Below are positions 35,229 to 46,690 of a stretch of DNA of 64,000 bases, piece by piece (the stretch's first letter is position 1; the number at the start of each line of letters is the position of its first letter). Origin of the DNA: Williopsis jadinii (Eukaryota); the NCBI GenBank assembly GCA_024346625.1, contig AP024664.1:1984001-2048000 (forward strand), read 5' to 3'. Below the pieces are notes generated by a model. That model saw nothing but the letters and a program-made list of their open reading frames with translations, was not told where the DNA came from and did no database searches. Both the position numbers and the translations under genes were made by a program.

Positions 35229-35408
35229 AGGCCTGAATTGTCCATATCGGACATTTTTCCTGGCACAGATCAGTTTCGCTGTCATTTTGCTGTGCCTTTT
35301 TCGTGTCCTGACAGCAGTTTCGCATTTGGCGCAAAAGTCTACAAAGGGACACATTTTTGCGCAACAGTTGGAACCCTTTGCTGCACAGAGCTTTAAAATG
35401 ACACAACG
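35229..35408 (+). ncRNA. Candidate structured RNA with an H/ACA-like layout
   Basis: Small hairpin, AGATCA (ANANNA) at 35267-35272, long stem GTCATTTT/AAAATGAC plus CTGTGC/GCACAG, then ACA at 35403-35405. No target identified. Confidence 0.2.
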
Positions 35409-35570
35409 AATAGTGCAAAACCATGTGATTTATGTAGACTAATGCTATTTAGAGAAAGTGCAAGTGTCAGCAGCAGCGGAGGCAGAAGACGACAATGGCA
35501 CATGTACGTATGTGGCTCTCTGTTAAAGTGTACATCTTGTAGGCTCTAACTTCACACGCCTCTCGTCGCC

Positions 35571-37673
35571 TTACTCGAGACCTTTTAAAAGAGCAATCAG
35601 CTTGGAGCTGTTAAACAGTGGCTCGCCGATACTGGCACTATTAGGTAAGACCCTTAACAGGTTGTAAATCTCGTCCGTGACGAATTCACCTTGAGACACA
35701 GGTTTCACCGCAGATTGTGGTTCGGCATCGTTGCCAGCGTCTTCACTTTCAACGTGCTGTTTCTTTCTGCTCTCGTTTTCCTTCTTCTCAGCGTTATTGA
35801 GCCCTTCACGCTCCTCTTCAACATGTGCAAACGATCTCTTACCTTCACTTCCTGCGATGTTTCTCAGCTTCAGATCGTTGTAACGGATCAAATCAACCTC
35901 TGGGTCGAAAATAGCTGATTCATTGAATGAATAACGATCCGCAAATAGACCAATTGCATCCTCCTCTGGGAATAGCTCACGGTACTTCTCTTCCAACCTA
36001 ACCACGCTCTCCAAGCTACCAGTGCTGGACTCAAATCTAACCATCAGCTTAAACAATTTCTGCATCCATTCCTGTTCGATTGGCTTCTTCAACGTCGTTT
36101 CGAAAACCGTACGAACGTTGATGTCATCCTGAGTTCTCATTAGAAACTGTAAATATTTGTAGATTAATTCACCATCGTTCGGGAAATTAGAAGGTCTAAG
36201 CCCTAGTTCAAACACCTTCAAGGCGATTTTCTTCGTTGGTTCATGACGGTACTCCATCAGAGCAGCCTCTGTAAATATATGGTGGGTTTTAGCCTTGGAG
36301 GCACGACTAGCCTTGAATATTGGACGTGCAGCTTCAATACCACGCATACGTTTCAGGGTGTGCATGTAGGTACAATACGTCAAAGATACAGTCTTTGACA
36401 ATTTCTGCATTTGTAGTCGAATCGCTTCGATTCCCGGGTTTGCTTTATAGATGCTCTCTTTTTCCTCCTCAGATATTGGCTTAGCATCAGGTCCATCACC
36501 GTCCTCGTCTTGCGACTGTTTGAGGTTGATATAGTCTTCCAAGGCAATGGCCTTCAAGTCTTCCTCCTGTTCGAGCAGTTGCGAGTAGTTGTGGTTCAAA
36601 AACTCCAGGAGACTGTCAAAGGTCTTAGTCAATTGCGCACTGTTATCATCCAATTCGTACAGATCAATCAACTTGAAGTTCAGACTGAATGCCCCTGGGT
36701 TGACGAGCAGACTCACCCTCAACAGGTCCTGTAGTTTGGTACTTGAAAAGTACTGAGGATTCTGCTTGTAAAAATCAGCCATATCAAACCAGATCTCCGG
36801 GTGGAAGATCAACTTTTGAATGGCTTGCTGGTAGATGTAGTCGATACGCTCCAGCAACTGTGTGTTATCCAGCTCCAGCCTGTTCAACTTCTCCCAAGAT
36901 ATCCAACCTTTCCATGCCTTCAACTGCTGTGGTGAATAAACACCCTCAGGAATTATATCATCAGACCTATCAATGGTGTCTAGGAACTTTGAGGACTCCT
37001 TGTAGAGAGATCTTGCGTTCATGTAGGCACCTGAGATGTCTGCGATGAATTTTCTAGCCGTGGTGACGTTTAAATCGTTTTCAAACGTTGTATAGATGGT
37101 CCACAGCTTCTCGAGATTTCCAAGCGGTATGGTGAGAGCTCTTTTCAGAACCTTTCTCTTCAAATCGAACTTTGGCTGCTCATCCCAGGATGACCCTGGC
37201 TTCCAGTCGTCGATGAACTGGATGTACTCTTCCCACAGGGATCCACTGAGCGGGTCCTGGCCAACCTTGGACACAGCAAGGTCATAAGCCTGGAAGATGA
37301 CTCGTCTAGCCTCCTCACCACCGGTAATCAAATTGTTCTTTCTTCTAATATAACCAACATAGCACTGCCATAGCGCCACACCAGTCGACTGGAATAGACA
37401 TCTCTTGAAAAGTTCCTCAACTTTATCAAACTCGCCTCTGTTCAACTCGTACTGGATGTATCCTATCCAGATTCTCTCGAGAAACGGGAATATCTTCAGA
37501 CACTGCTCGTAGATAGCACGCACCTGTTCAGTCTTATCCTTTGCAATCACATGTTGAATAAGCGTCAACCACGAGCCAATGTCCCTATCGTTCACCTTCA
37601 ACTGGTCCTCCAACTGGCCTATTACGTCCGTTGCGAGTCGCTTTGGTCGGCGAGATGCTACAGAAGAGGACAT
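35571..37673 (-). CDS. RNA14: CF IA / CstF-77 HAT-repeat 3'-end processing factor (700 aa)
   Basis: HAT repeats (YIRRKNNLITGG, LEKLWTIYTTFEN, WISWEKLNRL, IALKVFELGL). ATG MSSSVASRRP at 37673. Confidence 0.92.
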   Translation of the reverse strand: MSSSVASRRPKRLATDVIGQLEDQLKVNDRDIGSWLTLIQHVIAKDKTEQVRAIYEQCLKIFPFLERIWIGYIQYELNRGEFDKVEELFKRCLFQSTGVALWQCYVGYIRRKNNLITGGEEARRVIFQAYDLAVSKVGQDPLSGSLWEEYIQFIDDWKPGSSWDEQPKFDLKRKVLKRALTIPLGNLEKLWTIYTTFENDLNVTTARKFIADISGAYMNARSLYKESSKFLDTIDRSDDIIPEGVYSPQQLKAWKGWISWEKLNRLELDNTQLLERIDYIYQQAIQKLIFHPEIWFDMADFYKQNPQYFSSTKLQDLLRVSLLVNPGAFSLNFKLIDLYELDDNSAQLTKTFDSLLEFLNHNYSQLLEQEEDLKAIALEDYINLKQSQDEDGDGPDAKPISEEEKESIYKANPGIEAIRLQMQKLSKTVSLTYCTYMHTLKRMRGIEAARPIFKASRASKAKTHHIFTEAALMEYRHEPTKKIALKVFELGLRPSNFPNDGELIYKYLQFLMRTQDDINVRTVFETTLKKPIEQEWMQKLFKLMVRFESSTGSLESVVRLEEKYRELFPEEDAIGLFADRYSFNESAIFDPEVDLIRYNDLKLRNIAGSEGKRSFAHVEEEREGLNNAEKKENESRKKQHVESEDAGNDAEPQSAVKPVSQGEFVTDEIYNLLRVLPNSASIGEPLFNSSKLIALLKGLE

Positions 37674-38155
37674 GGGTTGTTTCAAGATAATATAATTAAA
37701 AGAGAAGAGAAAGAGAGACAGAAACGACAAAGACGGAAGGGTCGAAGCAATGGCAAGCTTCAATAATCACCTGATAAGATTGAATCGTTGGTTACGAACC
37801 AGTGATTGTTTTTGTATCCTGAGTTTGTGCTTTTGTTGATGTTTTGAACGGGGCAAATTTTCGACAGCATTTTTTTGTGCTGTAATTTTCGTCCTGGTGA
37901 GGCTGCAATTTCCTCTTTCGGTGTTTTGCGGAATGGGGTAATATCCGACCTTGTTTCCCCCTCGGAATACGGAGTTCATGATATGCACTCTGGATGCCAT
38001 TTCCAAATCATTTTGATGCTGTTTTGATGTCTTTTTAGCACTATTTGGTTGTTATTCTCATCCTAACCAAGATGAGTGGCTACAGCCACCCCCAGTGATT
38101 CGAGAAAGTCATTTTATTAATGTTTTCTATCGTTTCTTCTAATCTTTTACTCCTT

Positions 38156-40609
38156 CTATGCAAATAACACCTCCCAATTCCAGTCTTTCATCACAGAACT
38201 CCAATGCGTCGGAGAATTGATCCCTTCTGTCTCTCTCTTCTTTGAGCCATTTAGAACGTCAATTCGGCCTTGGAACAAGTCCCAATCGGCAGATGTTGAC
38301 AGCGCGTTTGAGCTCTTGGAACTTGTGCTTGCATTAGACGCTCTTGCTGCTGCGTCCTTTCTTCTCCAAACTTCATGAACAACCTCAACGGCCTTATCTA
38401 CAGTACCAAGCCACATCCTCTGAGAGAGAACTTTCCACCTCTCATCAATCCATGCCCTATCATCAGGGTCGGTTATCTCACAAGATGCCACTAGTAATGG
38501 GAACATGTGCAATAGACAGGTTTTCGATGTTGTTGGGATGGAAGCCAGTAACATCAACACCTTTTCTCCCAAGTCAGCGGACGATTGCGAGGAGATCTCT
38601 GGCACAGCCTGTTCCAAGTAGAGCAGCGTGGAAAATCTATAGGCCTCAGCAGTGGCAATACACGAGCTTATGTCACAAAGCGGGTCTTCTAAAGACATGC
38701 ATTGTCTAATGTTAGCATCGGGTCTCCATGATTCAATCTCTTGCTTCAAAGCTACGGCTTTCGACACAGTTGATAACGAGAGCTTTTTCATGTTTCTAAC
38801 CCTAGCGATAAAAGATGCAACACGTCCAATGATGAAGAATAAGCCACGAGCACACCCGAGCAGAGGGTCAATGATGCAGTCGTTATCCATGGTGTAACCG
38901 TTCAATACAGATTCGTCAAACAGAGGAGACATCGGGTTAAACTTAGGATCATCGTCAGCTCCAGGCGACAATTCCCTCGCTGAAATACACTTCAACAGAC
39001 TGAGATTCTTAATGAGCTTACCATTCTCATCGTAGTCAGAGTCAAGAAGTTGGGAAGACGACATTCTTGAGAGCACATCGTAGTACAGGAACGAATTTAT
39101 CAAAAATTTGTAAAGCTTTGAATTCTTTTGAATTGCCTCCTTGTCCAGCTTGTTGATGATGCTCTTTGCTCCCTTCAAATGGGCAATACCCGCAGTGGTA
39201 TGCTTATCCCAAGAGTCAGTGATGGCCAGTGTGAGACACGTTGCCAATGCAACGTCGTTTGGGATGGAGTTGTTGACCAACCCTTCGGCTAACTCACTCA
39301 TAGATTGTCTCATGTATGTGATTCCACTATTCCTCAACGCTGTGTCACCTCTAGCAATATGGAATAGTGCCATCGCCGCCAGCGACTTAAACAAAACACT
39401 GTTTTGCATGGCAAGAGGCCACATAAGGGTCCTCCACGGGTTTTCTGTTGGACCATCTCTAATGGACATTATCGCACATGTATACTTGTCAAACGCTTGG
39501 AACACCCGATCAAAGTCTGTGTTTGATAAGTGTAGGTTGGAGATGTCAAATTGCGGTAAGTGAATCGTTGGCAATTTTGGTGATAGTGCTTGAGAGTAAG
39601 ATATTAACTCACGACGGTATTCAGGAATTGTTGTCTGTGCAAGCGCAGAGTCAACAGATAACGACCTCTTCATACCGCTGACGTTATGAGAGGACGATGG
39701 ACCCTCTTCTACTGCATCCGAATCCAATTCGTACAACTTTGGATAGAAGCTCTCCATATTTGGGGATGGGATGTTTCCGGGCAGTGGTTGGTCAAAATCA
39801 GTCAGAGAACGTACTATTGTTGATAATGAAGGGGAAGGAATGTCCTGTATTGGGCCAGGGGATGGCACCATATTTGGAGGAGATGGTGCGATGATTGAAG
39901 ATACTCTTCTCTTCTTCAACTGGGGCTGACTCTGCTGCAATTGAAGTGAATGTTGATGCTGTTGTGGGTGTAATGGAGTGTGTTGTTGCTGTGGTTCTGC
40001 AGTTGTTGCAGGCGCTGCTGGTGCTGGAGAAGAGGGATGAGGCCGCCCTTGCTGCTGTACACCCTTCTGTTGCTGATGTCTCAAAGAGCTCGTGGTAAAC
40101 TCGACTGAAGCAGACGGCGCAGCTGGCGAAGTGATATATGCCTGTTCTTCAGCTAACTGAGGTAACTTAGAATGCGGGTTCTTACCCAACTTCATTAGCT
40201 CGTTTTGCAATGCGAGCTCATCTGGCGACTTGCCTGCAATACTCAGCGATGCCTGTTGCAATGCCTCGTCAAATACCTTATCAGGAACCGACATCGACCT
40301 CTTTATCTTTTGTGCTGGTTGTAAAGCAGACGCTGAACCCATGGAAGAGCCAGTCGACACCTTTCTTACTCTCTGTGACGCACTGGTCTCCTCAAAACTC
40401 TTCCACTTGAACGTTGTTGAATACCCACCGCACTCCACACCACGCTTTTGACAGTTCAGACATTGTGGTTTGGTCTCGTCACATTTGAGCCTCTTCTTTT
40501 TACATGTGAGACAACCGTTTCTGGACTTGTGGTTCTTCTTTGGTATCGTACTCTGCTGTGAGGAGTTGTCGGGCACTGATTCATGAGGCTTCATCGAAAC
40601 TTCTGCCAT
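38156..40609 (-). CDS. Zn(II)2Cys6 transcription factor with a fungal-specific C-terminal domain (817 aa)
   Basis: SRNGCLTCKKKRLKCDETKPQCLNCQKRGVEC, Q/P-rich region, C-terminal ENPWR...IDPLLGC...AEAYR domain. Confidence 0.9.
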   Translation of the reverse strand: MAEVSMKPHESVPDNSSQQSTIPKKNHKSRNGCLTCKKKRLKCDETKPQCLNCQKRGVECGGYSTTFKWKSFEETSASQRVRKVSTGSSMGSASALQPAQKIKRSMSVPDKVFDEALQQASLSIAGKSPDELALQNELMKLGKNPHSKLPQLAEEQAYITSPAAPSASVEFTTSSLRHQQQKGVQQQGRPHPSSPAPAAPATTAEPQQQHTPLHPQQHQHSLQLQQSQPQLKKRRVSSIIAPSPPNMVPSPGPIQDIPSPSLSTIVRSLTDFDQPLPGNIPSPNMESFYPKLYELDSDAVEEGPSSSHNVSGMKRSLSVDSALAQTTIPEYRRELISYSQALSPKLPTIHLPQFDISNLHLSNTDFDRVFQAFDKYTCAIMSIRDGPTENPWRTLMWPLAMQNSVLFKSLAAMALFHIARGDTALRNSGITYMRQSMSELAEGLVNNSIPNDVALATCLTLAITDSWDKHTTAGIAHLKGAKSIINKLDKEAIQKNSKLYKFLINSFLYYDVLSRMSSSQLLDSDYDENGKLIKNLSLLKCISARELSPGADDDPKFNPMSPLFDESVLNGYTMDNDCIIDPLLGCARGLFFIIGRVASFIARVRNMKKLSLSTVSKAVALKQEIESWRPDANIRQCMSLEDPLCDISSCIATAEAYRFSTLLYLEQAVPEISSQSSADLGEKVLMLLASIPTTSKTCLLHMFPLLVASCEITDPDDRAWIDERWKVLSQRMWLGTVDKAVEVVHEVWRRKDAAARASNASTSSKSSNALSTSADWDLFQGRIDVLNGSKKRETEGINSPTHWSSVMKDWNWEVLFA

Positions 40610-41468
40610 AATGAGAGAAGAACGATAAGAAGAAGAAGCAAGAAAAAACACACACAACAAAAACAAGAAGACAACACTCAATGGCAGGCTGGACGCTCGA
40701 ACGTACCTGGATAATGCTTCCCTTTTAGACCTTTTCCTCCCTTGCTCGTCCAGAGGAGGCAGAGTGAAATTCGTACGTGGATTTTCCTTTTAAGCTTTTC
40801 TTTTTACCCTCTTTCCATCCCTTCACCTTGTTAAACCGAACGGAAAGACACTTGGGCTTTAAAAAGCTGCTCGGAGCTTATCAGTTTTTCTGTTGATAAG
40901 GGCCAGATTATAGGTATCCGGAGAAAGCGCGCGCGGAACAAAAAATGGTTCTATTTAGACAATGAACCAGTGCTTATTCTGGTGAAAACAGACAAGCAGT
41001 AGATGGTAACCACGGGCTTCAGCTGCTGATACTGTCTGCAATTGAGTAGTAGTAGTAGTAGGGTAGCACTGTCATTAGCTCTCGTGTAGTCCTCGAATTG
41101 GTGCTTGAATTGAACTCTGCCGGCGTTGGTACTGTAGAAATGACAATCTTGACGGGAGCAAAGTGTCGGGGAAAACATATCCCGATTAGGCAAGTTGTTC
41201 CCCCACTAAAAATCCACGGAGAGACATCTCCAACGGTATTATAAACGCTGTGCTGTGTCTAACTTGCAGGATGGTCGTGTACCGTTGAGTACTGTTCAAA
41301 ATGACTACAGAGAAGACTCATAGAGATGAGGCATAAGATTACATAGTTAAAAAGTACACAGCATTAATGGTGGGGGTGTTGCTTATGATCATGATAAAGT
41401 GAGTGTTCCTGTGGTTCGTCAAAGAGTACGGAGCCGAGGTTGTATTCCGATTATGGGTTCACAGTTGT

Positions 41469-42620
41469 TTAGTCTGCGGTGTCCATAGCGCTACTCAGAT
41501 GTGCAATGGTTGTGAGCATAACCTCAAGTGCACTGATCTGCTCCTGCATACCGTAAGATCCATCGAATCCGTTAATGGTCCATTTCATCCCACATTCGTG
41601 GCCGCTGGCACCTCCAGTACAAGCGTGGGCGGCGCCATTGATGCTTGGAGTCACCAAGTCGATGATTTTCTGTCTCAGACCGCTCAACAGTCTGGATGCC
41701 TGACCTAGAGAGCGCAAGTAAATGCCTTTAAAGATTCTCTGGTCCTGGTTACACGTACTGTAAACTTCACACGCCCTTTCGTTCAGAATGGTGTTGTTGT
41801 ACAGAGCCTGCGAACCAAGAATGATGTTTGAGACACGGTCTTGCCATTCTGAGTCACCAGTAACTTGGTTCATGTAAGCACAACCGCTGAGAAGAATACC
41901 ATAATTGTAAGTCCAAAGAACCTTTGTGATATCAGAACAGTCCTCAACGTTGAAGCCATCGTAGACTTCTGTTCCGTACTGCAATTCGGAAAACAAATTT
42001 GCAGAGCCGATCCAGTTATAAACAGTCTTCGCTTTTGTAATGTAGGAGCTGTCGCCGGTATATCTGGCCAATCTTGCACCCAGTTGGAACAAGTTACCGT
42101 TTGCAATGGTGGCCTTGTATGACCATCCACTTTTCGAAGAATCGAACTGCCATCTGATACCACCTCCACAAGTAGAGCTGTCCCAGCGGCTGTACAAGAG
42201 ATCGAAGGAATTGCGGGCAACGTCTGCCCAAGTGGTGGAATCGTTTGGCTGTTTGAACCCAGATTCTGCTGCTTGCATAGCAGCCAAAGCCCATGTACCA
42301 ATGTCGTCATTACCAATCTCCCAAACGTGTTCCTCTGGTTGGAAGTTGAAATCAGACCCGACCTGGGCCATCATGCCGTTGTATATGTCGTCTTCGAATT
42401 GTGTGTCCCCACAGATGTGCTGGTAGTTCAGAAGAGAGTTGTAGGCCTCACCAGCCTGCCACCAGTAAGCTGACTCAAAGGTACCATCACTTGAACGGTA
42501 GTTCATGGCATCTGACGCAATGACCTTTGCATTACTGCAAAGAGAGTATTGTGTGGCATCCTGAACAGGAATACACACAGTGAATTGAAGAAAAGGAAGA
42601 AGTGCCAGAAGAGAAATCAT
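41469..42620 (-). CDS. Secreted GH76 alpha-1,6-mannanase/transglycosidase paralog lacking a GPI signal (383 aa)
   Basis: Signal peptide, YWWQAG, catalytic GNDD, CGGGIRWQ, WTYN, DQRIFKG; ends ...AMDTAD* with no hydrophobic tail. Confidence 0.88.
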   Translation of the reverse strand: MISLLALLPFLQFTVCIPVQDATQYSLCSNAKVIASDAMNYRSSDGTFESAYWWQAGEAYNSLLNYQHICGDTQFEDDIYNGMMAQVGSDFNFQPEEHVWEIGNDDIGTWALAAMQAAESGFKQPNDSTTWADVARNSFDLLYSRWDSSTCGGGIRWQFDSSKSGWSYKATIANGNLFQLGARLARYTGDSSYITKAKTVYNWIGSANLFSELQYGTEVYDGFNVEDCSDITKVLWTYNYGILLSGCAYMNQVTGDSEWQDRVSNIILGSQALYNNTILNERACEVYSTCNQDQRIFKGIYLRSLGQASRLLSGLRQKIIDLVTPSINGAAHACTGGASGHECGMKWTINGFDGSYGMQEQISALEVMLTTIAHLSSAMDTAD

Positions 42621-44578
42621 TGTGTTCAATGTAAAGGAGTGGTCAATTTCTCTCGGTGATAGGCAGTAGGGTATGAAGGAATTGACTGTTGAAGGTAAGA
42701 TCTAAGAGATCTAGTGTATGTGAGCTCTTTCACTGTTGAAATTGAAGAAGAGGGAATGGAGTTCCAAAGGGGAATATTTAAATATCAAGGAACAAAAGGT
42801 GATGCAAAAGAAGAAAGTCCCTTGTTGGGGGGGGGGAGGTGAAACCTCAATGGTTTAATTAGGGCTTGGGTGTCTTGTCCTAATCATAACGCCTCGGTGA
42901 CGAAATCTCCTTTGTAATTATACCATAGCCATACATACAAATCTTAGTAAATGAAACTACCATGAAGAACACGACACGTACCGGCCTCCACCCTTTCAGG
43001 TTTACATTTAAAGTTCATTAGGTTTCTGCAGATTTCTCAGTCACCGTTAAAATACGTGCGTCTGCTGTGCATGTTTTGAAAGGAGTGCCTGTTCAAAGTT
43101 GAAGCCTCTGCACAGTTTCCATCTTGTTATCGTTAAAAGAAGGTTTGGGCACAAATTTCAAAGGAGGAGCGCTGTAAATTATGTGGTCTAATGAGACCAA
43201 TTAGACCAATGTGATCACACACCTTGTTTCCTATGGTCAAGCACCACGTTCTTACTTACGGAGACCATAATCTCAGGCTGGTCATGGACCGCTAATCACG
43301 AGCACCCTTAGAATATTTTGGTGTCAAAAATTTCAAGTTTTCCATAATCCAAGCCCTAACTTCCGCGGTACATGCGAATTATTAAGGGCCGCCTAAATTG
43401 GTCGCAGGTTCTGATTTGACATGGGTCTTAGTCTCTGGATCACAAAGTACGGCCTCGGTGTCTTCGGCAGGCTTAGAAACGTTTGTGAGAGCTGTTTTAT
43501 CTTTCTGCATGAGCTTTAGGTGAAGTCGTTTAATTATAAACGACGGCCACCTTTCTAACAAATATTTCATTGTAATATACGAACTGGATCTCGATAGATC
43601 TCGGAAGAATTGTACACACTGAATGAAAGCGATTTGGAGATCGAGGATTACCATTACACTCTGTGGTGATCTGGCGGCGTGAGGAGAGATATCAAAGACT
43701 CTTGGCCATGGGACCTACAATTTCCCAATCTCACGTTAGCCATAGCAAACCTCCACAAGCTACCACACAACATGCAGACCTGTTTCAGAGGAAGGGCGCG
43801 CTGCTGTCCTCTATTCCAGCCTAGGCGATATCGGGGACTTCATCACCTTTCCTAACACCATGCTCTCATCCTCTCCTCTAAATCACAGAGTGACCGTTGC
43901 CCTGAAGCATGGGGCCATGGAGCTCATGACGCTGCCCTGCTCAGTGCGCGCCCGTCCTTGCGTGAGATCACATCATCTTTCGCGTGTGTTAATTTCAACA
44001 TGAAACTAAAACTTTGAACCTGCGAAAGGATGCGACACGTAGATCGAAAAGTCCGCCTCACCTTAGCTTTGGATTTAGTCGGAGCGGGTGAAATTACCAA
44101 CAGCCAGATTCTGATCCAGCCCACAATTGGTTGGAAACCGGAAGTTAGATAAAACCTGGTCATCAAAGCTGATGACTGCGTGGACTATGGCCAATATTTA
44201 GGGGCCAGGCGGGTCCTTAGAACTAAGTTAATTGCATACATTGAACTGTGGAGTATGATCGATATCGAATCAATCCACTTATATGAGGTCATTGGACGTC
44301 GACCAAATGGTCCGTCTTCTTTCTCACAGTGTATCAGCTTCAAGTGTTGGGAAGCCTTCATTGCCTTTAGAGATCCCTGTGCCGGTGACACGACACTGAT
44401 GGCCAGCGAACACGATTGATTTGATCCACAGTCCAAGCTGGTTAAATATCAACATGCATTGTTCGTTTCCGTATATACAAGCAAGGAGCGCATCCTGAGG
44501 ATGTAGTGCTAAATCAGCTCACCATTGGTGAATATGTAACAGAAGAAACTCACCTGGAATTCTAGAAAGGTACAAAGT

Positions 44579-45370
44579 TTAAAGCCCCAGAGCATTACCC
44601 AACACGGAGAAATCGCTGATCACTGTACGTTTATCGTCCAACTTTATCACTTCTGGGTTGGCTGGTGCCGCTGGTGCATCTTGTTCTGTCACATTGCCTT
44701 GCTTATCTGCAAGGTTTCTGAATGCACCGTCTCTATCCACAAGTATACCATTCCACCCTGCATTAACACTGGCATTGAGATCAATGGTCAACTCGTCCCC
44801 AACATGCCATGCGTTTTTCAACATCTCCTCTCTGGGTGTGAACGGTCCTCTGAGGTCGTCGATGACGTGGTTGAAGAAATCCCTTGAGGGCTTGGAAACA
44901 CCCAGGTCATAGGACAGGTACACCTTCTGGAAATACTGGAGTAGATCCAATGCCTTTAGAACCTGTACAACCCTGGGGTCGCCGTTGGAAGAGATAACCA
45001 TTACAACTTCACCGGATCTGTGCAGCTGATCCAGTGCCTGACGAACATCGGCATACGCTCCGTACGCATCGTCTGTCGAGAAGGTATCCACAACTTCCTC
45101 CACAAACGCCTTCGGAGTATCGTGTGGAGCATATGTATTGGAGATCAACGTTGCCCACCAGTTTACATAGTTCATCTTGGAGTGTCCTCCGTAATTCGGG
45201 TACTGCTCTTGCATCTGTTTGAAGACGATGGGGAACCTCTCTTCAAGGTGTTCTTGAGGCACCTTTAGCCCGTGACGTTGCGCCACTTCGGCATATATTT
45301 GGAGAACAGGCTTCCTAGGCGTGAATATCGTGTTGAATGCATCGAATGAGACGATCTTTGGCAACTTCAT
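44579..45370 (-). CDS. HAD-like hydrolase (REG-2/HDHD3 type; likely ortholog of YMR130W/DPI35)
   Basis: SFDAFNT motif I, SSNGDPR, KP, and HVGDE...D motif IV; synteny with POM152/ECM16. Confidence 0.85.
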   Translation of the reverse strand: MKLPKIVSFDAFNTIFTPRKPVLQIYAEVAQRHGLKVPQEHLEERFPIVFKQMQEQYPNYGGHSKMNYVNWWATLISNTYAPHDTPKAFVEEVVDTFSTDDAYGAYADVRQALDQLHRSGEVVMVISSNGDPRVVQVLKALDLLQYFQKVYLSYDLGVSKPSRDFFNHVIDDLRGPFTPREEMLKNAWHVGDELTIDLNASVNAGWNGILVDRDGAFRNLADKQGNVTEQDAPAAPANPEVIKLDDKRTVISDFSVLGNALGL

Positions 45371-45569
45371 CGTGATAAACTGGGCTGTACCGTCAAGATC
45401 CTCTTCCTAGCGGCCTTTGTATGGCATTTTTGGCCAGTGCCGCCAAAGAAAAACAACAGAAAATGTCGATGCGCCCGTCGTTTAACGAGACCCGAGGGCT
45501 GTGCGCCTAGTCGGATCTCATTTGTCCCGGCTGTCAATGGGTGTCCGGGTGTTTTGCCTTCTCATGGCG

Positions 45570-45575
45570 ACGCGT
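45570..45575. promoter_or_regulatory. MCB element upstream of ASF1
   Basis: ACGCGT about 100 bp before the ASF1 ATG. Confidence 0.5.
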
Positions 45576-45673
45576 CTGTGTTTTCCCTCGTTTTGTCCAA
45601 AACACCATGAAATGAGTAAACAAGACACGTTCCAATTGTTGGCATTAGGAGGTCAGATCATTCAGCTAAAGGG

Positions 45674-46645
45674 ATGTCAATTGTGTCGTTACTTGGAATC
45701 AACGTGCTTAATAACCCTGCCAAGTTCACGGATCCGTATGAGTTTGAAATCACCTTTGAGTGTCTAGAGCCCTTGAAGGACGACCTGGAATGGAAGCTGA
45801 CCTACGTTGGATCATCGCGTTCTCTGGAGCACGACCAGGAGCTAGACTCGATCCTGGTTGGTCCGGTGCCTGTTGGCGTGAACAAGTTCCTGTTCACGGC
45901 TGATCCGCCGAGTGCCGACTTGATCCCTTCAAACGAGCTGGTGTCAGTTACTGTGATTTTGCTAAGCTGCGCGTACGCGGATCGTGAATTTGTTAGGGTT
46001 GGTTACTACGTGAATAACGAGTACGATTCTGAAGAGTTGAGGGAAAACCCACCGAACAAAGTACAGGTCGAGCACGTCGTGAGAAACATATTGGCTGAGA
46101 AGCCAAGAGTTACAAGGTTCAACATTGTATGGGACAACGAAGACACGGAGGAATTCCCACCAGAACAACCCGAGGCCGATCTCGTGGATGATGAAGAACA
46201 GTATGGGCAAGACGAGGAGGACGAAGCTGAAGACGGTGAAACTGTAAATGGTGAAGGTGAAGACGGAGAAGGTGAGGGTGAAGCCGAAGGTGAAGGTGAG
46301 GAAGTAGTAGACGAAGAGGAAGAGGAGGAAGAAGAAGAGGTCGAGGAAGAAGAAGAAGAAGCCGAAGAGGAAGAAGCTGAAGAAGAGGTTGAGGAAGAGG
46401 AAGATGTAGTAGAAGAAGCGGAAGAGGAGGAAGAAGAGGCGGAGGAGGAAGCCGAGGAGGCAGAAGAAGATGAAGATGTTAATACAGATGTTGACGATGA
46501 GAAAATTATCAAGAAGCCAAAATTGGACACTGCGGATGCTGTCGAAGATGAAAATGACAACACCAGTGGGAACAACAATGACGATGATACTGCTAATTTG
46601 ACTGGAGTTGTACAAGCTACAACAGAGGAAGAAGCCAATAGTTGA
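45674..46645 (+). CDS. ASF1: Histone H3-H4 chaperone with a long acidic tail (323 aa)
   Basis: [32 protein letters not shown]...[12 protein letters not shown] followed by an E-rich tract. Confidence 0.97.
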   Translation: MSIVSLLGINVLNNPAKFTDPYEFEITFECLEPLKDDLEWKLTYVGSSRSLEHDQELDSILVGPVPVGVNKFLFTADPPSADLIPSNELVSVTVILLSCAYADREFVRVGYYVNNEYDSEELRENPPNKVQVEHVVRNILAEKPRVTRFNIVWDNEDTEEFPPEQPEADLVDDEEQYGQDEEDEAEDGETVNGEGEDGEGEGEAEGEGEEVVDEEEEEEEEEVEEEEEEAEEEEAEEEVEEEEDVVEEAEEEEEEAEEEAEEAEEDEDVNTDVDDEKIIKKPKLDTADAVEDENDNTSGNNNDDDTANLTGVVQATTEEEANS

Positions 46646-46690
46646 TCCTTGTGATGTATAGTCTTAATATAATAGAAAACACGCACCATT

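Noticed and set aside
35418..35424. AAACCAT matching the snR30/U17 m2 motif
   Set aside because: No ACA box 7 nt downstream and no properly placed ATATTCCTA m1 motif.
43382..44436. Several 79-90 aa ORFs between the GH76 paralog and the HAD gene
   Set aside because: No recognisable motifs, no LTR or TIR boundaries, and no consistent strand.
45962..46689. Long antisense and alternative-frame ORFs over acidic tracts (also 833-1204, 25668-26285, 54023-54677, 55024-55995)
   Set aside because: Shadows of GAR/GAY-rich or codon-biased coding sequence of real genes.
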